51,853 nucleotides of DNA from Phoronis australis (Eukaryota > Animalia > Phoronida). The notes below the pieces were generated by a model. The model was not told where the DNA came from. It saw only the letters and a list, made by a program, of their open reading frames with translations, and searched no databases. The translations under genes were made by a program, and so were the position numbers. Positions 26,901 to 38,100 of the stretch are shown piece after piece. Location: assembly GCA_002633005.1 (NCBI GenBank), contig NMRA01000059.1, forward strand, positions 171,939 through 223,791, given 5' to 3'. Every line of letters starts with the position of its first letter. Positions within the stretch are counted from its first letter, which is position 1.

Positions 26901-29900
26901 ACAGACCAAATAATGACAATGGAAACCATAGACAGACCAATTTATTATAATGAAGACCAGATACATACCAAATAACCAGAGACAAACAACCCAGACCAGA
27001 GACAATTGATGATAAAGCCAGACGAGCCTTCATCTCTCTTCCATCTTCCCTTTGACATTTGACCCCGAACACATACAAACTAACCTGGGTAGAGTTCAAC
27101 AACTGTATCGTGGCTTGGCGAGAAAAATAGAACCCAAATCACATGCTCTCACAGAAAATACACGGTGATATCCCGTGGAATCTCCCTTTTCTAGTGAGGA
27201 ACTACACATTACTGAACTTGAACCTGGTTCATGGTTAGTTTTGATACTTGTTGACAGCATTATTGACCATAGATATTGACTGCTAGCATGAGACAATTCT
27301 CAGTTGTTGTGGGTTCACTACAAAAACATGATATGCTGACAGTGTTATTGACCACAAGTAACCCAACTAGTCAGGTATCTGACTGTCCCAGTATGCACCT
27401 TCCAGCTCACTTTTCTTCACCGTGTTCAGTGTTTGGCCATTGATGGAGCTAACACAGACCTTTCATGGTCAAGAGGCAAAAGACCCAAGTTTTAATTCAA
27501 ATTACAATTATGTAGTCCCACACTAAGTTTGCTGTTAGAACTTCGTTTCAATATATATATATATATGTATATGTATATGTATATGTATATATATAATACC
27601 AAGATAAACATGCAAAATAAAATGCAGTGAGTTATTTGAACAATTGTTTCATGTGCAATAGGAAAAACTGTTTACACACTTGGAGAATTGTTTCCCTTGG
27701 AATTCTAAAGACTAGAAATGCAATAAAACCAAACTGATAGGCAGACCACTGGCTGATTGGATCAATCAATGGAGGACGGTTGAGAAAATAATTTGGTCTC
27801 AGCTCCTTACTTATGGACGTAGTCCCTTCGTTATCATGGTCTTTTCAAGCATACTTTAATTTAATCCGTCTAAATCGCCTTTCCAGTACATTTTAAATTC
27901 TAGTAATCTGGAAAGACCATTTAGTCCACAATTCTAAATCCATAGTGCAAAAGGACTTTGAGTGCAGCCAGAGTGAAAAATGAAACTGTGTGACTCAGTG
28001 ATAGTTAAGCTACCTGGAATTATGGTAAAACCCAGCATAGAATGATAAGTTGTGATCAAGGAGTGTAGTCTTGTGATCGTGACGGTAGGCAGTGTTAACA
28101 TGAACAGGTGATCTTGAGAACAGATCCAGCAAGGTCAGGTTCAGCCTACTAGGCTAATAATGGGTGACTTCAATTTACCAGATATTGTTACAGCAACAAC
28201 AGCCCCACTTGTAGATAAGTATACACTCAGCTTCATGAACTGCAGGTAGTCAAGTGGTCCCCTCAGTAAGTAAACAGCCATCCTCATAAACTGCTTTCTG
28301 CTCTGTAACTATTCAGACCCATAACTCCTAGGTGCTACACCAGGTGAAATCTCCCATTGAATATTTAATAACACAAACTGACACTATAGATCAGTACTAC
28401 TGATAGATAATTCATAAAACATAAGAACCCCTCAACAACTCAAAGCACAGCAGCGTGAACAAATATAGGAAACATGAACCAATATAGGAAACATGAACAA
28501 CTATAGGAAGCACAAACAATTTACAAATATAGGAAACATGTTTCTCACATTTTTTAATGTTTGCTTCTCAGAGAGCTAAGTTGACTTTAGATAACAGTTC
28601 AGCTTGCATCTTATACACAAATAATTGGATCTCGCTGCAACTGTGCAGTAAAATTCTAGCACCAAAGTACAATATGCTAATTATATGAGTGTAGTTTAGG
28701 TACTTTGGTATAATACTTAGCACAATCAGTCACCAGGCACTACAGTATGAATACATATACACAACCAGACCTTGGCTGTAGCATGAGTCATTCAATCTCC
28801 AGAGGCAGAAAGCCATTACCAACTTGTGTGACAATGCAGTACTTGTAAACTAACAAGTATGAAGTGTGCATAATGTTTCAAGCATCATATTAATTCAACT
28901 CAATGAAAACAACAGCCACAGAAGACAAACAAAACTTATTTTAAAAGAGACTAGAAACCATTGTAGTGTGAGAACCTTAAACAAAACGAGATATCTCAGC
29001 AATAAGATTCATGTGTGTTCCTCAAACAAAGGGATTGCTAGCTAGTCTTACATCAAATGACATAAAGGCATTCAATAATGAGTATTGTACAAAGATGGCC
29101 TTCAAAGAAAACAACAGGCCAATGTAGGGGAGGTTAACAGTCAACTGATCATTAGTGGCAACATGCAGTTAGGCATAAAAGTCAATCTCATGAAACAACA
29201 GTTACACAACCTGTTACAACTGCCAGACAATCATGGACATAGACTGGCAACAAAAGTACTGGACATTGACTGGCAATAAAAGTACCAGATATTGACTGGC
29301 AATAAAAGTGCTGGTACAAGGACAGCTCTGATGTTAGACACTTCAGTCATTTAAAACTGAATTCTGGCAGTGAAAATTTTGACCTATACTTTCATATTAC
29401 CCTCAAATCTAAAGCCTGTCAACAAACTGGTTAAAATGCTAACCTTTTTACTAACACTTTTGCCAACTACAAAGACACTAGAAATGTGAAAGGTCGCAAT
29501 GGTCACCTTTGTTAGCTGTTAGCAGGAGGTTAGAGTTATCTCCAAAATGCTNACATTCTTCACTTGTTGTTGAGCTGTCAGCTGGTCAGGCATAGTAACT
29601 CTACACAGTCTGTATATGATTGGATTTTTTGTTTCCCAAAAAGAATTCAAAGATAGCAGTGAGTGGTAAGACTACTGGCTTAATTATGGTTAAAACATTT
29701 AGTGGTATCAGTTTTATTTGTAAGGTCATTAGATTACTTCGTCTGTCATTGATTCAGTTGTTTGGGACATGGATTGAACATGGTGTTTCACTTACTTACT
29801 CGTGTTTTTAACCAATCCACAGTGGTCTCGTGTTGTTCTTTATATCTGGTTAGTTTAAAAAACGTAAACTAAGACATTAATATTATTTAACACCTGAAGC

Positions 29901-32900
29901 ACAAGGTGGGTCATTTTTTTTCTTCAATTTTTATGATCTCTTGCTTGATTACCCTGGAAACAGACTTGGACATATTTGACAGTGATGTTGTCACTGGCCC
30001 TGACCAAAGTTATTCTAGTTGAAAACTAACATGGCCATCAAGAGGTGTAGTCACTGTTATGAGCCAAATGTACATTCTAATAGGCTGATATTAAAAATAA
30101 ATTGACAGAGTACACTGGATAAGTCTTGTCATTTGTTGCAAAACCATAAGTATGGTATCATTCATTCACAATAGGGCCTCTGAAGTTTGCTTAAAACATG
30201 CATCTGTCCACAGTTGATTTACTGAGCCAGTATTGTTCAAGGAAATTGAAGTGTATACACAAGTGATTAATTGTCCTTGACATGCCTAATGACTATCTTC
30301 ATGTATTCTCAAACTGGCTATTTGTTACCTTTTTCTTGTTTCCTCTAAAATGGAGTGATTTTCAGTTTTGAATCCTTATCACTGAGTATCTTATTAATTA
30401 AAAATATTTTATAAGCCATCACACTGCCCCCTTGTTCTAGTAAGTCAGTTTAGTATAGCTACATCTGATATTCTGAGCCTGTCCACAGTGACGATAGTCA
30501 GTTTAGTATAGCTACATCTGATATTCTGAGCCTGTCCACAGTGACTATCCAAATGTCACTGAGCCATGAGAAGCTGTATCCAACTAGGGTCTTAAAGGCT
30601 GTTAAGAACATTTTGAGTTTGTCACCATTCTCCAGTGAGTTTGGCTGTAGATTTGCCCAGGACAATATTTTCCTACTTTCTGTTGCTTCTGAGCAATTGA
30701 AACGTTCTGACAAATTTTGCTCCAGCAATCCTAAAGCTACAGAAAAGCGAAAAAATCATCAAGGGGACTATAATTAATACACCCAGGTCTGCCAGCTCTG
30801 CTAATATACCACGGTATAACTTCCAATACAGCAAATGGTTACATACTATTCATATATATATATACAATCGTGTACTAAAAGAATATCTACGTGGTGCATG
30901 AAATTGAACTTTTCAGGTTCAAAACGGTTTTTAGTGTGTAAAAATTATGAAAGTCAGGGGTTACACAAGTGTTTGCATCATTGCATGACTGCTTGTTTTA
31001 CTGTGAAATGATTCATTCATGAACTTGAGAGGGTATGTGTGTCACCTGCAGTTTTCTGTAATATATACAAATCTATATGACTGTCTTTAGTCCAGCCTAA
31101 CAACTCAAGCAGTCTCTGTGAATTAAATCTCGGTTTTTGAGACTGAGTTTGTAGAACATTCAAAGTTTGTCATTTTCTTTTAATTCCAAAAATAATGTAT
31201 TTAAAGTAAAGTTTTACTTTGGAGAAGTTCAAAGTGCTACTAGGAAATGATGTGCTTGAAAGTTACTAGCCACTCAAGCATCAGGGCCACTGGTGATACA
31301 CTAAAGAGTAAAGACGACTAGAGAAGATATCAGATTGTGTCATAATTTCCTTGCAAAGTTGGCCCATTGTATCTGCAAATCTTCACTAGCCACTTTCTTA
31401 TTAACTCTTAGTCAGTATGATATTGATGAAATGACAATACTTTGTTTATTCTTTGGTTATTTATGCAGCAAGAGACACAGCAGTGTGCAATTGTTTATGT
31501 AGAGATTCACTGTAAACAGACAGCTTCCTGTAGACTGGTCAGTACTAGCCTCCTTCTGGGATTGGAATGTGAGTCGTGCATAAATTTTGAGAAAGGCCTA
31601 TTACCCTCAAATCTAAAGCCTGTCAACAAACTGGTTAAAATGCTAACCTTTTTACTAACACTTTTGCCAACTACAAAGACACTAGAAATGTGAAAGGTCG
31701 CAATGGTCACCTTTGTTAGCTGTTAGCAGGAGGTTAGAGTTATCTCCAAAATGCTGGCATTTTAGCTAGCACTTAATTAACCACACTGCTCACTCCAAAG
31801 GCAAGGATAACAGAGCAATGCTAACCATGGTATTAATCAATCTATGGTCAGACAATGAATGTGTTTTGACATCACTTTTCACTTAAAGTCACTTGGGAGG
31901 TAAGGAAATAAACTAACTGCTGGAGTAAAATGACCCTTCGGGCCAACAGTTCAGTTTGTTTGGCTAAAACGCAATTGTTTTCACCACTGAAACTTTTAAC
32001 ATTTTCACCACTATAGTATTCACTTCACTACTTAGAACTAAAGAATATAGTTTGTTTTTGAAAAAACTGAAGGTTGTGAGAAATAAATGATTGTCTGTGC
32101 ATGGAATATATTTTTGTTAAAAACTTGAAAAGTCATAAGTTGGATGCTTGGCTAAGCTGTTCAATTTTGTATACTTCAATAATAACCTTTCACTCAAACA
32201 TCTTGTGTTTTACTTTTGCTTACAGCTGTGTTCAGATCAACTAAACAGGGATGTAACTCATGCAAGAAACTACAGCAGCGTTATAAAGCAGCAAGTATGA
32301 CGCTACCCCTATACACTATAACACTAACAATAATATAGTCACACTCGCAACATCCGAACAACAAGGTGGGCTGATGGAAAGTTAATACAGTACAGTGAAT
32401 TCTATGTCATGGACAGATTAAGATGACAAACACAGGCGATTCTACACTTAAGCAATGACCATCGCCTCTGTTGGCCAACAGAGGCGATGGTCTTTGCCTA
32501 CATTTATTGTTTCTTTGAAACAGACTAACTAGAAGCTCTGTGAATGCAGAACATTACAACAGGCATTGGACAGCCCAGAAACACAGCTGACATCAGAGAT
32601 CTATGTAAGCGGAGCTGGAGCTGTCGCAGACAGAGAGATCTATATAAGTTTGACATCTGAGCTGATAGTTCAGGTCAAGGTGTGAACATATATATATAAC
32701 AATTCATGTCTAGACAATAATTCATTTAATTCTTCTTGTCTTGACCTGAATTGTCAGCTCAGCTACTATTGAGAACTTAAAGTTTGTAATGAAAGGAAAG
32801 GATTTGATAGTCCTAGTCTCATGGCATCTTAGAAACATTAACAAGTCAGAAGTCACACAGAGGAAGTTGATCAATAAATATTATTCTATATTATTGTTCA

Positions 32901-35008
32901 TAGCACTTGAACATGAACGTGTATTTAGGTACGATGGTATTGCAAAACAACTACTTTCTGGTTGAGCATTAATAGATCACTTAGATTTTCTCAATCAGTT
33001 TCTTAAAATTAATCATTTGCAGACTTTGACAGTCTAATTTTCCAACAAAAAATGACTGCAGAATCTTTTTGAACGATGCTGAATGTTTTTCTTCTTCTTC
33101 AACTACCATAAAAGTATCACTACATGTCAACCCAGAGACAAAAAATTTATTGACAATAGAAAAAGTGCATCAGTGCAGATGAACATTCAAGTACACTGTA
33201 TCACAGACAATGATAGTGATCTCAGCTGGTGATCATGTGATGAAAAGCAGCAACAGAGAGAGCCATAGTATATTGCCTTACCTCGGGGCCCAGGTTCTAA
33301 TCTTTTTACGTTTGGAATTTTCTAGACAAGAGTCTATTGCTCTATGCTCGAGTACATAATAACTTACTTGGATAATTTTTAGTCCTAGTATGCAGTTGAT
33401 TAACCCAAAGCTAAAAGTTCGAGTCTGAACTTTAAATTTCGAGTTTTTGCTTAAGTTTGTATCATGAGTATAAGGGTCATCAAATGCAAACTTATTCGAG
33501 CACATTCTAATAACCACTTATCCTTAGTTAGCACAAGAGTAGCAGAGAAATTGCCGAAAAGAATATCGAGTTCGTTTCGAGTAAAGATTAGAACCAAGCC
33601 GTCATCCAGCCTACATAGCCCTGGATGTAGGCTGGATGCCCTGGGCCCCTGGCTAGGACACCCAATGTATCATTTGGACGGCCACTGTCAATCAGAATTT
33701 CTCCAGTTAGGACACCCATTTTGTAAGATCACTAGGACTACCAATTAATGAAAATTCAGAGATAGTCCAAGAGAGACGTGTTGGCCCTTTCAACTCGGGT
33801 TAAACTATTGAGAAAACAGGTCAATAATTAGTACATGTTTGGTTGCTAAAGTGTCTTCCACTGCAGACTCTGCTTTCAGAGGTCTTGTCATAACTTAGTT
33901 CTTAATATAGGGGCATGGACATTGGTTAACTACAAACTGGTATTTCAGAGCTGTAGTTTCACGTTTCACATCTTTTTTAAAAACACCAAAAGCGAAATAT
34001 ATGTCATTATTTTAAAACTATATTGTGCCACAAGAATATGCTTATTTAAAACTTTTGAGTTTGCTCTCGTTTCATGCTTTTCAATGTGGGTTTTAATGTT
34101 TTAATATGGAAAAGCAACAACACCCAACTGTTGCAGAAAATAAAGCTATTTTTGTAAACTTAAATGTAAAAGCCTTGGCTTACACATTTTTGTAAAAACC
34201 TCACTGTGGTGTGTGGGGGGATTACTGGTGAAATGTGGGGGTAATGCGGCGTTGGAATCATGGATGCCCTGGAATATTGGGAACCCCATTTTTGACACCC
34301 TATTTTCGAAATCCTGGATAAAGCCTGGATTAGAACCCGGATCCAGATACGGCAACAGATGGAATCATACATCACCTTGTCTCAGATACAACCAATTAAC
34401 TAAATGGTGAGTCATCAAGGAAGTTTTCAGTGTCATTAAGTTCATTTTAGCAATTTAGAAATTCAACTAGTACTGACTTTGTAGCAAATTTTATCCTCTT
34501 TAACAAAATATCCACCATGCTGGCCTACTTAGATGAATGTTATTGCTAATGAGTGTAAAACAAACCACTGTCAGTAGTGTCACTGTCAGCTGCGTACAAT
34601 AACTTATTGAATAAGCAATTACTAATAATAGCTGTGCCCAGCTGACACTGTTGACAGTGGTTGAGTTATGCTTTGATTCAGATATATACGCGACCTGTAT
34701 TTATATCAAATGACCCACGCTTGTCGCAGTTGACAGTTAAAAATTATGGAAAACAAGTAACACTAGTTAGCAATACTATGCAGTCAGTACGGGAGAGGGC
34801 AGAGAATGCCAGACAGTGAGAGACAGATCTGAGAGATCAGAGATTAGAGAATAGAAAAAGATGACATGAAAGTCATGAAAGTGAAAACGAAGTTACAAAC
34901 AAGTCAGGGATGTTTACCTGATTTTAAATCGGTGAGCACACAACTCAATACACTTGACAGCAAAAGAAGAATGAATATTCCGTGAAAATCGCTATCCCGA
35001 GTCTCCAT
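8996..35008 (-). CDS. ACP7: Acid phosphatase type 7 / purple acid phosphatase-like type I membrane protein (~516 aa) with degenerate catalytic motifs
   Basis: Exons in transcript order: 34918-35008 (METRDSDFHGIFILLLLSSVLSCVLTDLKS, signal peptide); 24203-24440 or -24456 (PKGIHLSLGKDPSEMVLVW, PAP N-terminal domain); 17108-17221; 14570-14783 (NWSPTF...AAYVPYFPTPG); 14187-14301 (LWYSFDVPGFAHVIS); 12300-12497 (FSTEV...DLDKAN...PWIIAVANRPIYCSN); 10841-11052 (FEDVLYNGGVDL...YSRTWPVY); 10082-10246 (alternative start 10288; HHGPF); 8996-9183 (TM VAILVPLFVVLVAILALILL, then RKK, stop). Collinear with human ACP7 as recalled (HLS..MTVTW, WSP, WYSWD..AHIISFSTEV, PWIITMGHRPMYCSN, GVDL..YERLWPIY). The exon 1-2 junction is unresolved. 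The symbol denotes the family; this may be a paralog. Confidence 0.88.
10540..10805. repeat. 36-bp minisatellite ~x7
   Basis: CACCCAATCATTTTACTTCACAAACCCACCCTGCCT. Confidence 0.95.
11100..11635. mobile_element. Helentron/HINE-like fragment from a different family
   Basis: CpG-rich island in an AT-rich intron. It has the same AAATTTCGTGAGAATCGG-type core as the other HINE-like repeats and a terminal hairpin TACTTGGCGAAA...TTTCCCAAGTA at 11604-11630. Confidence 0.45.
13390..13622. repeat. 38-bp minisatellite x6
   Basis: ACCTTCTGTATCATTCAGAGCACATAACCCCTGCATAA. Confidence 0.95.
13722..14060. repeat. 43-bp minisatellite x8
   Basis: GTGACATACATGAGGTCATAGTCAGTATGTTTGGCATGATAAC. Confidence 0.95.
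15462..16987. mobile_element. Second copy of the same HINE-like family, including a gap-associated duplication
   Basis: The 5' end GAGCAACGCAGAGCATTGAAATGCGCCCAC...CTAGGGTTGTTTATT matches 4041-4112. 3' stem-loop ATGCGTCCACATAT-AA-ATATGTGGGCGCAT at ~16469-16498; (GGAC)n. 16387-16682 is repeated at 16684-16987 across an N. Confidence 0.65.
17848..17902. repeat. (CA)n/(CACG)n microsatellite
   Basis: Direct inspection. Confidence 0.95.
19431..24011. mobile_element. Outer TIR DNA transposon (~2.1 kb of its own sequence) hosting the Tc2-type element
   Basis: Inverted ends GGCTAAATCACAATCAAGGTCCA and TGGACCTTGATTGTGATTTGCC, with a 19-bp perfect core. It splits a ~40-bp minisatellite present on both sides. 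Internal GTAGTGTACGTACCC repeats at 22580-23460. TSD unclear. Confidence 0.65.
20049..22491. mobile_element. Non-autonomous Tc1/mariner-pogo (Tc2-type) DNA transposon, 2443 bp
   Basis: Perfect 24-bp TIRs CCGTAATCGTTCGGGTTAACGCCC (20049-20072 and 22468-22491), flanked by TA on both sides. Repeated subterminal GTTAACCGCCCA; CpG-rich interior; no transposase-length ORF. Confidence 0.85.
24015..24212. repeat. ~40/80-bp minisatellite overlapping the ACP7-like exon-2 donor; continues at ~19240-19425
   Basis: AGTAAACTTACAACTTACCATTACAA units. Confidence 0.85.
26240..26409. repeat. 29-bp minisatellite ~x5.5
   Basis: GAGACCAGACAGAGTAACTGATAATGACT. Confidence 0.95.
26411..26884. mobile_element. MITE with PIF/Harbinger-like ends, copy 2 (opposite orientation)
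   Basis: Ends GGGCTTTTCATGCTG...CAGTATGAAAAGGCC; diverged homology to 2961-3433. Confidence 0.6.
32457..32492. repeat. Perfect 36-bp palindrome
   Basis: GACCATCGCCTCTGTTGG|CCAACAGAGGCGATGGTC. Confidence 0.95.
33285..33649. mobile_element. Harbinger-like MITE whose right TIR is interrupted by a small hairpin
   Basis: Left end GGGGCCCAGGTTCTAATCTTT. Right end AAAGATTAGAACC, then a ~45-bp insert containing CATCCAGCCTACAT/ATGTAGGCTGGATG, then CTGGGCCCC. Confidence 0.5.
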
Positions 35009-35136
35009 TGTTCACAAGTAAGCTATAAAATGTAGCATATCGACTCACACAGAAGCCAAATGAATCATAAACTAAAAACCGGAAACGTTCTTGTGTGTCA
35101 TTTTTCCGCTAGGAGCGCTACTTCTCAAGATCGAAG
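35009..35136. promoter_or_regulatory. Compact bidirectional promoter shared by the ACP7-like gene and PSMD9
   Basis: Divergent ATGs at 35008 (-) and 35137 (+). ETS-type ACCGGAAA at 35078-35085; locally CpG-richer; no clear TATA box. Confidence 0.6.
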
Positions 35137-38100
35137 ATGGATGCAGAAATGAAGGAGTTGATGCGGCAAAAAGACGACATTGAAGCTGAGATAAAAGAAC
35201 TCGGTGAAGTTCTTGAGTCGGTACGCAGACTTGTTTCGGAACCGGGTTATTGTTGGAACTGTGAATGTGTCCGAATTTTGATTTGTCAATGTCCTTATGA
35301 TTGTAAACTTGCCGCTTTCTTCTGCACCTGCTTCGGATTTGTGCTTCATGTTTTCTTTCCAACTCCAAGCCAAAGCTTCCAAAGGGGAAACAGGTCACTT
35401 CGTACGCCAGTCAACTGGTACCCCAGTCAACTGGTACCCCAGTCAACTGGTACCCCAGTCAACTGGTACCCCAGTCAACTGGTACCCCAGTCAACTGGTA
35501 CCCCAGTCAACTGGTACCCCAGTCACCTGGTACCCCAGTCACCTGGTACCCCAGTCAACTGGTACCCCAGTCACCTGGTACCCCAGTCAACTGGTACCCC
35601 AGTCAACTGGTACCCCAGTCAACTTGTACCCAAGTCAACTCGTACCCAAATCAAATTTCAGGAGTGTTTCACTGAAAACTGTTTTATCTTGCAAGTTATT
35701 GTATTGGTTGAAATTGAGAAATCATGTCATATTTATGAAAAATGACTTCATGTTGCACTTTATTCAATAAAATAAAAATGAAAATTATGCAAATAGGCCT
35801 GTGCACAAGTTGGCTTCGGTACAAACTAACTGGATAGCGTTTGTTGTACACGTACTTCCAGTGAATCATCAGTATGATCTTTAATTAACCATTCAGCACT
35901 CACTAACGTTAATTGCCTATTAGCCAAGTGGTTAGCATGCTTGGAGGTTTTATTGAGGTCACTGGGTCGGGTGATCTCAGCAACTACTGCAAGTTGACTA
36001 CACGTTAACTTGGCTATTCCCTGTTAGCCAAATGGTTAACATGCTTTTCTGGTTCGATTCCCGATTCGGACAATCTCAGCAATTACTTCACCAACATAAA
36101 ATTCATTGCAGTTGAACTTTCTATTAAACTGTCCATTTTTTTATTTGGAGACTAGCAATGTTGTGTATAGAATTGAAGGCTCTGATTGCAATGAATTTTA
36201 TGTCAGTGTGGCTATCCGTTTACCCCGCCATACAAATCCCGTGACAACAGCGCTGTTCTTCAGCATGCCTTGGCCATTCGCTGTGACGTATATGTAGCAA
36301 CAATAGACCCCATACCATGGATATTAACTGTGACCCCGACTGTTGCCGATTTTTTGTTTTTGTCCCTTTTTCGTTTTGTTTCCTGTCATTCTATTGTTTG
36401 ATCGTTCTGTTGTGTTCTCCCTTTAAGAGTGTGGTTTCAACTGGTAATGTCTTGAGCAGAAAAAGGAAATGTCTGGACTTAGTACATGATATATAGTGTT
36501 GAAAATATGACAGTGTTCATTTGCAAAAGCCTTTTTCCTGGTTTTCTTGTGTTGATTTGACCTTAACCCCACTGGAACTACTAAGGGAATACTTTACATA
36601 CCTTAGATGCTTAGAATACTTTTCATACAACTCTGTGTGTGTCATACAAAATCATCTCTGGTTTGCAGCAAGGAGGCGTTGGAATGAAGGAGTCTTTGGT
36701 AGACTCTGAGCAGTACCCTCGCTCAGACATTGATGTCTACAGTGTGCGGCATGCAAGACACAGAATTATCTGTAAGGCATTCAATGCGTTTTGTTTTAAG
36801 TTTTATGATTACTAGCTGTGTTTTGTATAAAGATTTGTGATTACTAACTGTGTTCCCAAATGTGTGGAAACATTCGTAGTAAGTGATTGTTTTACCTGCT
36901 GAACCTCGTCACGAACAGTGAATAAGCTATTTTATGGCATCTTTCGCTTTGCCAACAAAAAATTCAATGTTGATTCACATGATATTTTAGAATGTTGCTG
37001 CTTGATTTTACTCAAGTATTTCCGGATACAAGACAGCTTTGGATATAGTCTAATGGTCCTATAACTGCACAAAAACACTATAAACTTTCTGCTTCACTTT
37101 ACATCTTATTTTTCAGTTTTCAACTACAGTCCTCACATATGGACAATGTTTACTTAAATACATTGTGGTTACCACTTTATTGTCTGAAAAACAGATTTTT
37201 TTAAAAATTTCCTTATGATAAGCAGATTTTATGCCTAAAAGAAAGAATATTATTTGCATATTAAACCACGTTCATTTCATAGGTTTGCAGAATGACCACA
37301 AGGCATTAATGAAGGACATTGAACATAAACTGCACCAGATCCACGCTGAGGCACGTCTGAGAAGGACTGAAGATGAGCATGAAGACCATATGTTGACTGA
37401 TGACCAAGTGCTGCCACAACCATTTGCAAGAGTTGACCATGTTGAGAATTCTTCTCCTGCCCAGCGTGCAGTATGTACTGTGGCTATGCTCATATTGTGA
37501 CTATGCTCATATTGTGGCTATTGTCATACTGAGCTTTTCACAAAATTAATATATACACAACCTTGTGAATAGGTCGAAACAAAATATAGCAAAACGTCTA
37601 CTACTGTTTAATGTAAACTTTTGTGAATAGAATATGTCAAAATAGTGCAACACGGTATGAATGCCTGTGGTATGCCCTCTGTCAGTCTTTATAAAGAAAA
37701 GTTAAAATTAACTTTACAATGTCCAGAAAATTGGAAAATTAGTTTTAATGGACTTATTTCAGATATGCATGATCTTAACTTTACTTAGTTCATTTCAGAT
37801 GCTACTGAAAATAGCCTCAGGTCTGTTCATATGTTGTTCAGGACTTCAAGTTGATTTCATTTTCATTTCTGTCATTGTATTTCATGAAGTGATTCGCATG
37901 ATAGCATATGCAGTGATTCACATGATAGCATATGAATTTTGCAATTGAAAATCAACTGTAAAAAAAATTACAATTCTTGGTATTTAATCAAGATTGATCC
38001 AAATCAAAAAATCTTTTGATGATTCATGAAATTTTGTACTAAGTAATGTATAAAGATGATTGTTGCACATAGTTATTGTGTTAAGCATATTTATACTGAA

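Noticed and set aside
33278-33517. Candidate missing ACP7-like exon ending at GAG|GTAAGG
   Set aside because: It lies within a MITE terminus and I found no PAP-like or otherwise convincing coding frame.
35137-35770. 202-aa and 157-aa ORFs with repeated [16 protein letters not shown]
   Set aside because: Read-through of PSMD9 exon 1 (donor at 35221) into a stop-free 17-bp intronic tandem repeat.
35921-36071. tRNA gene
   Set aside because: A/B-box-like motifs are present but the acceptor and anticodon stems cannot be formed.
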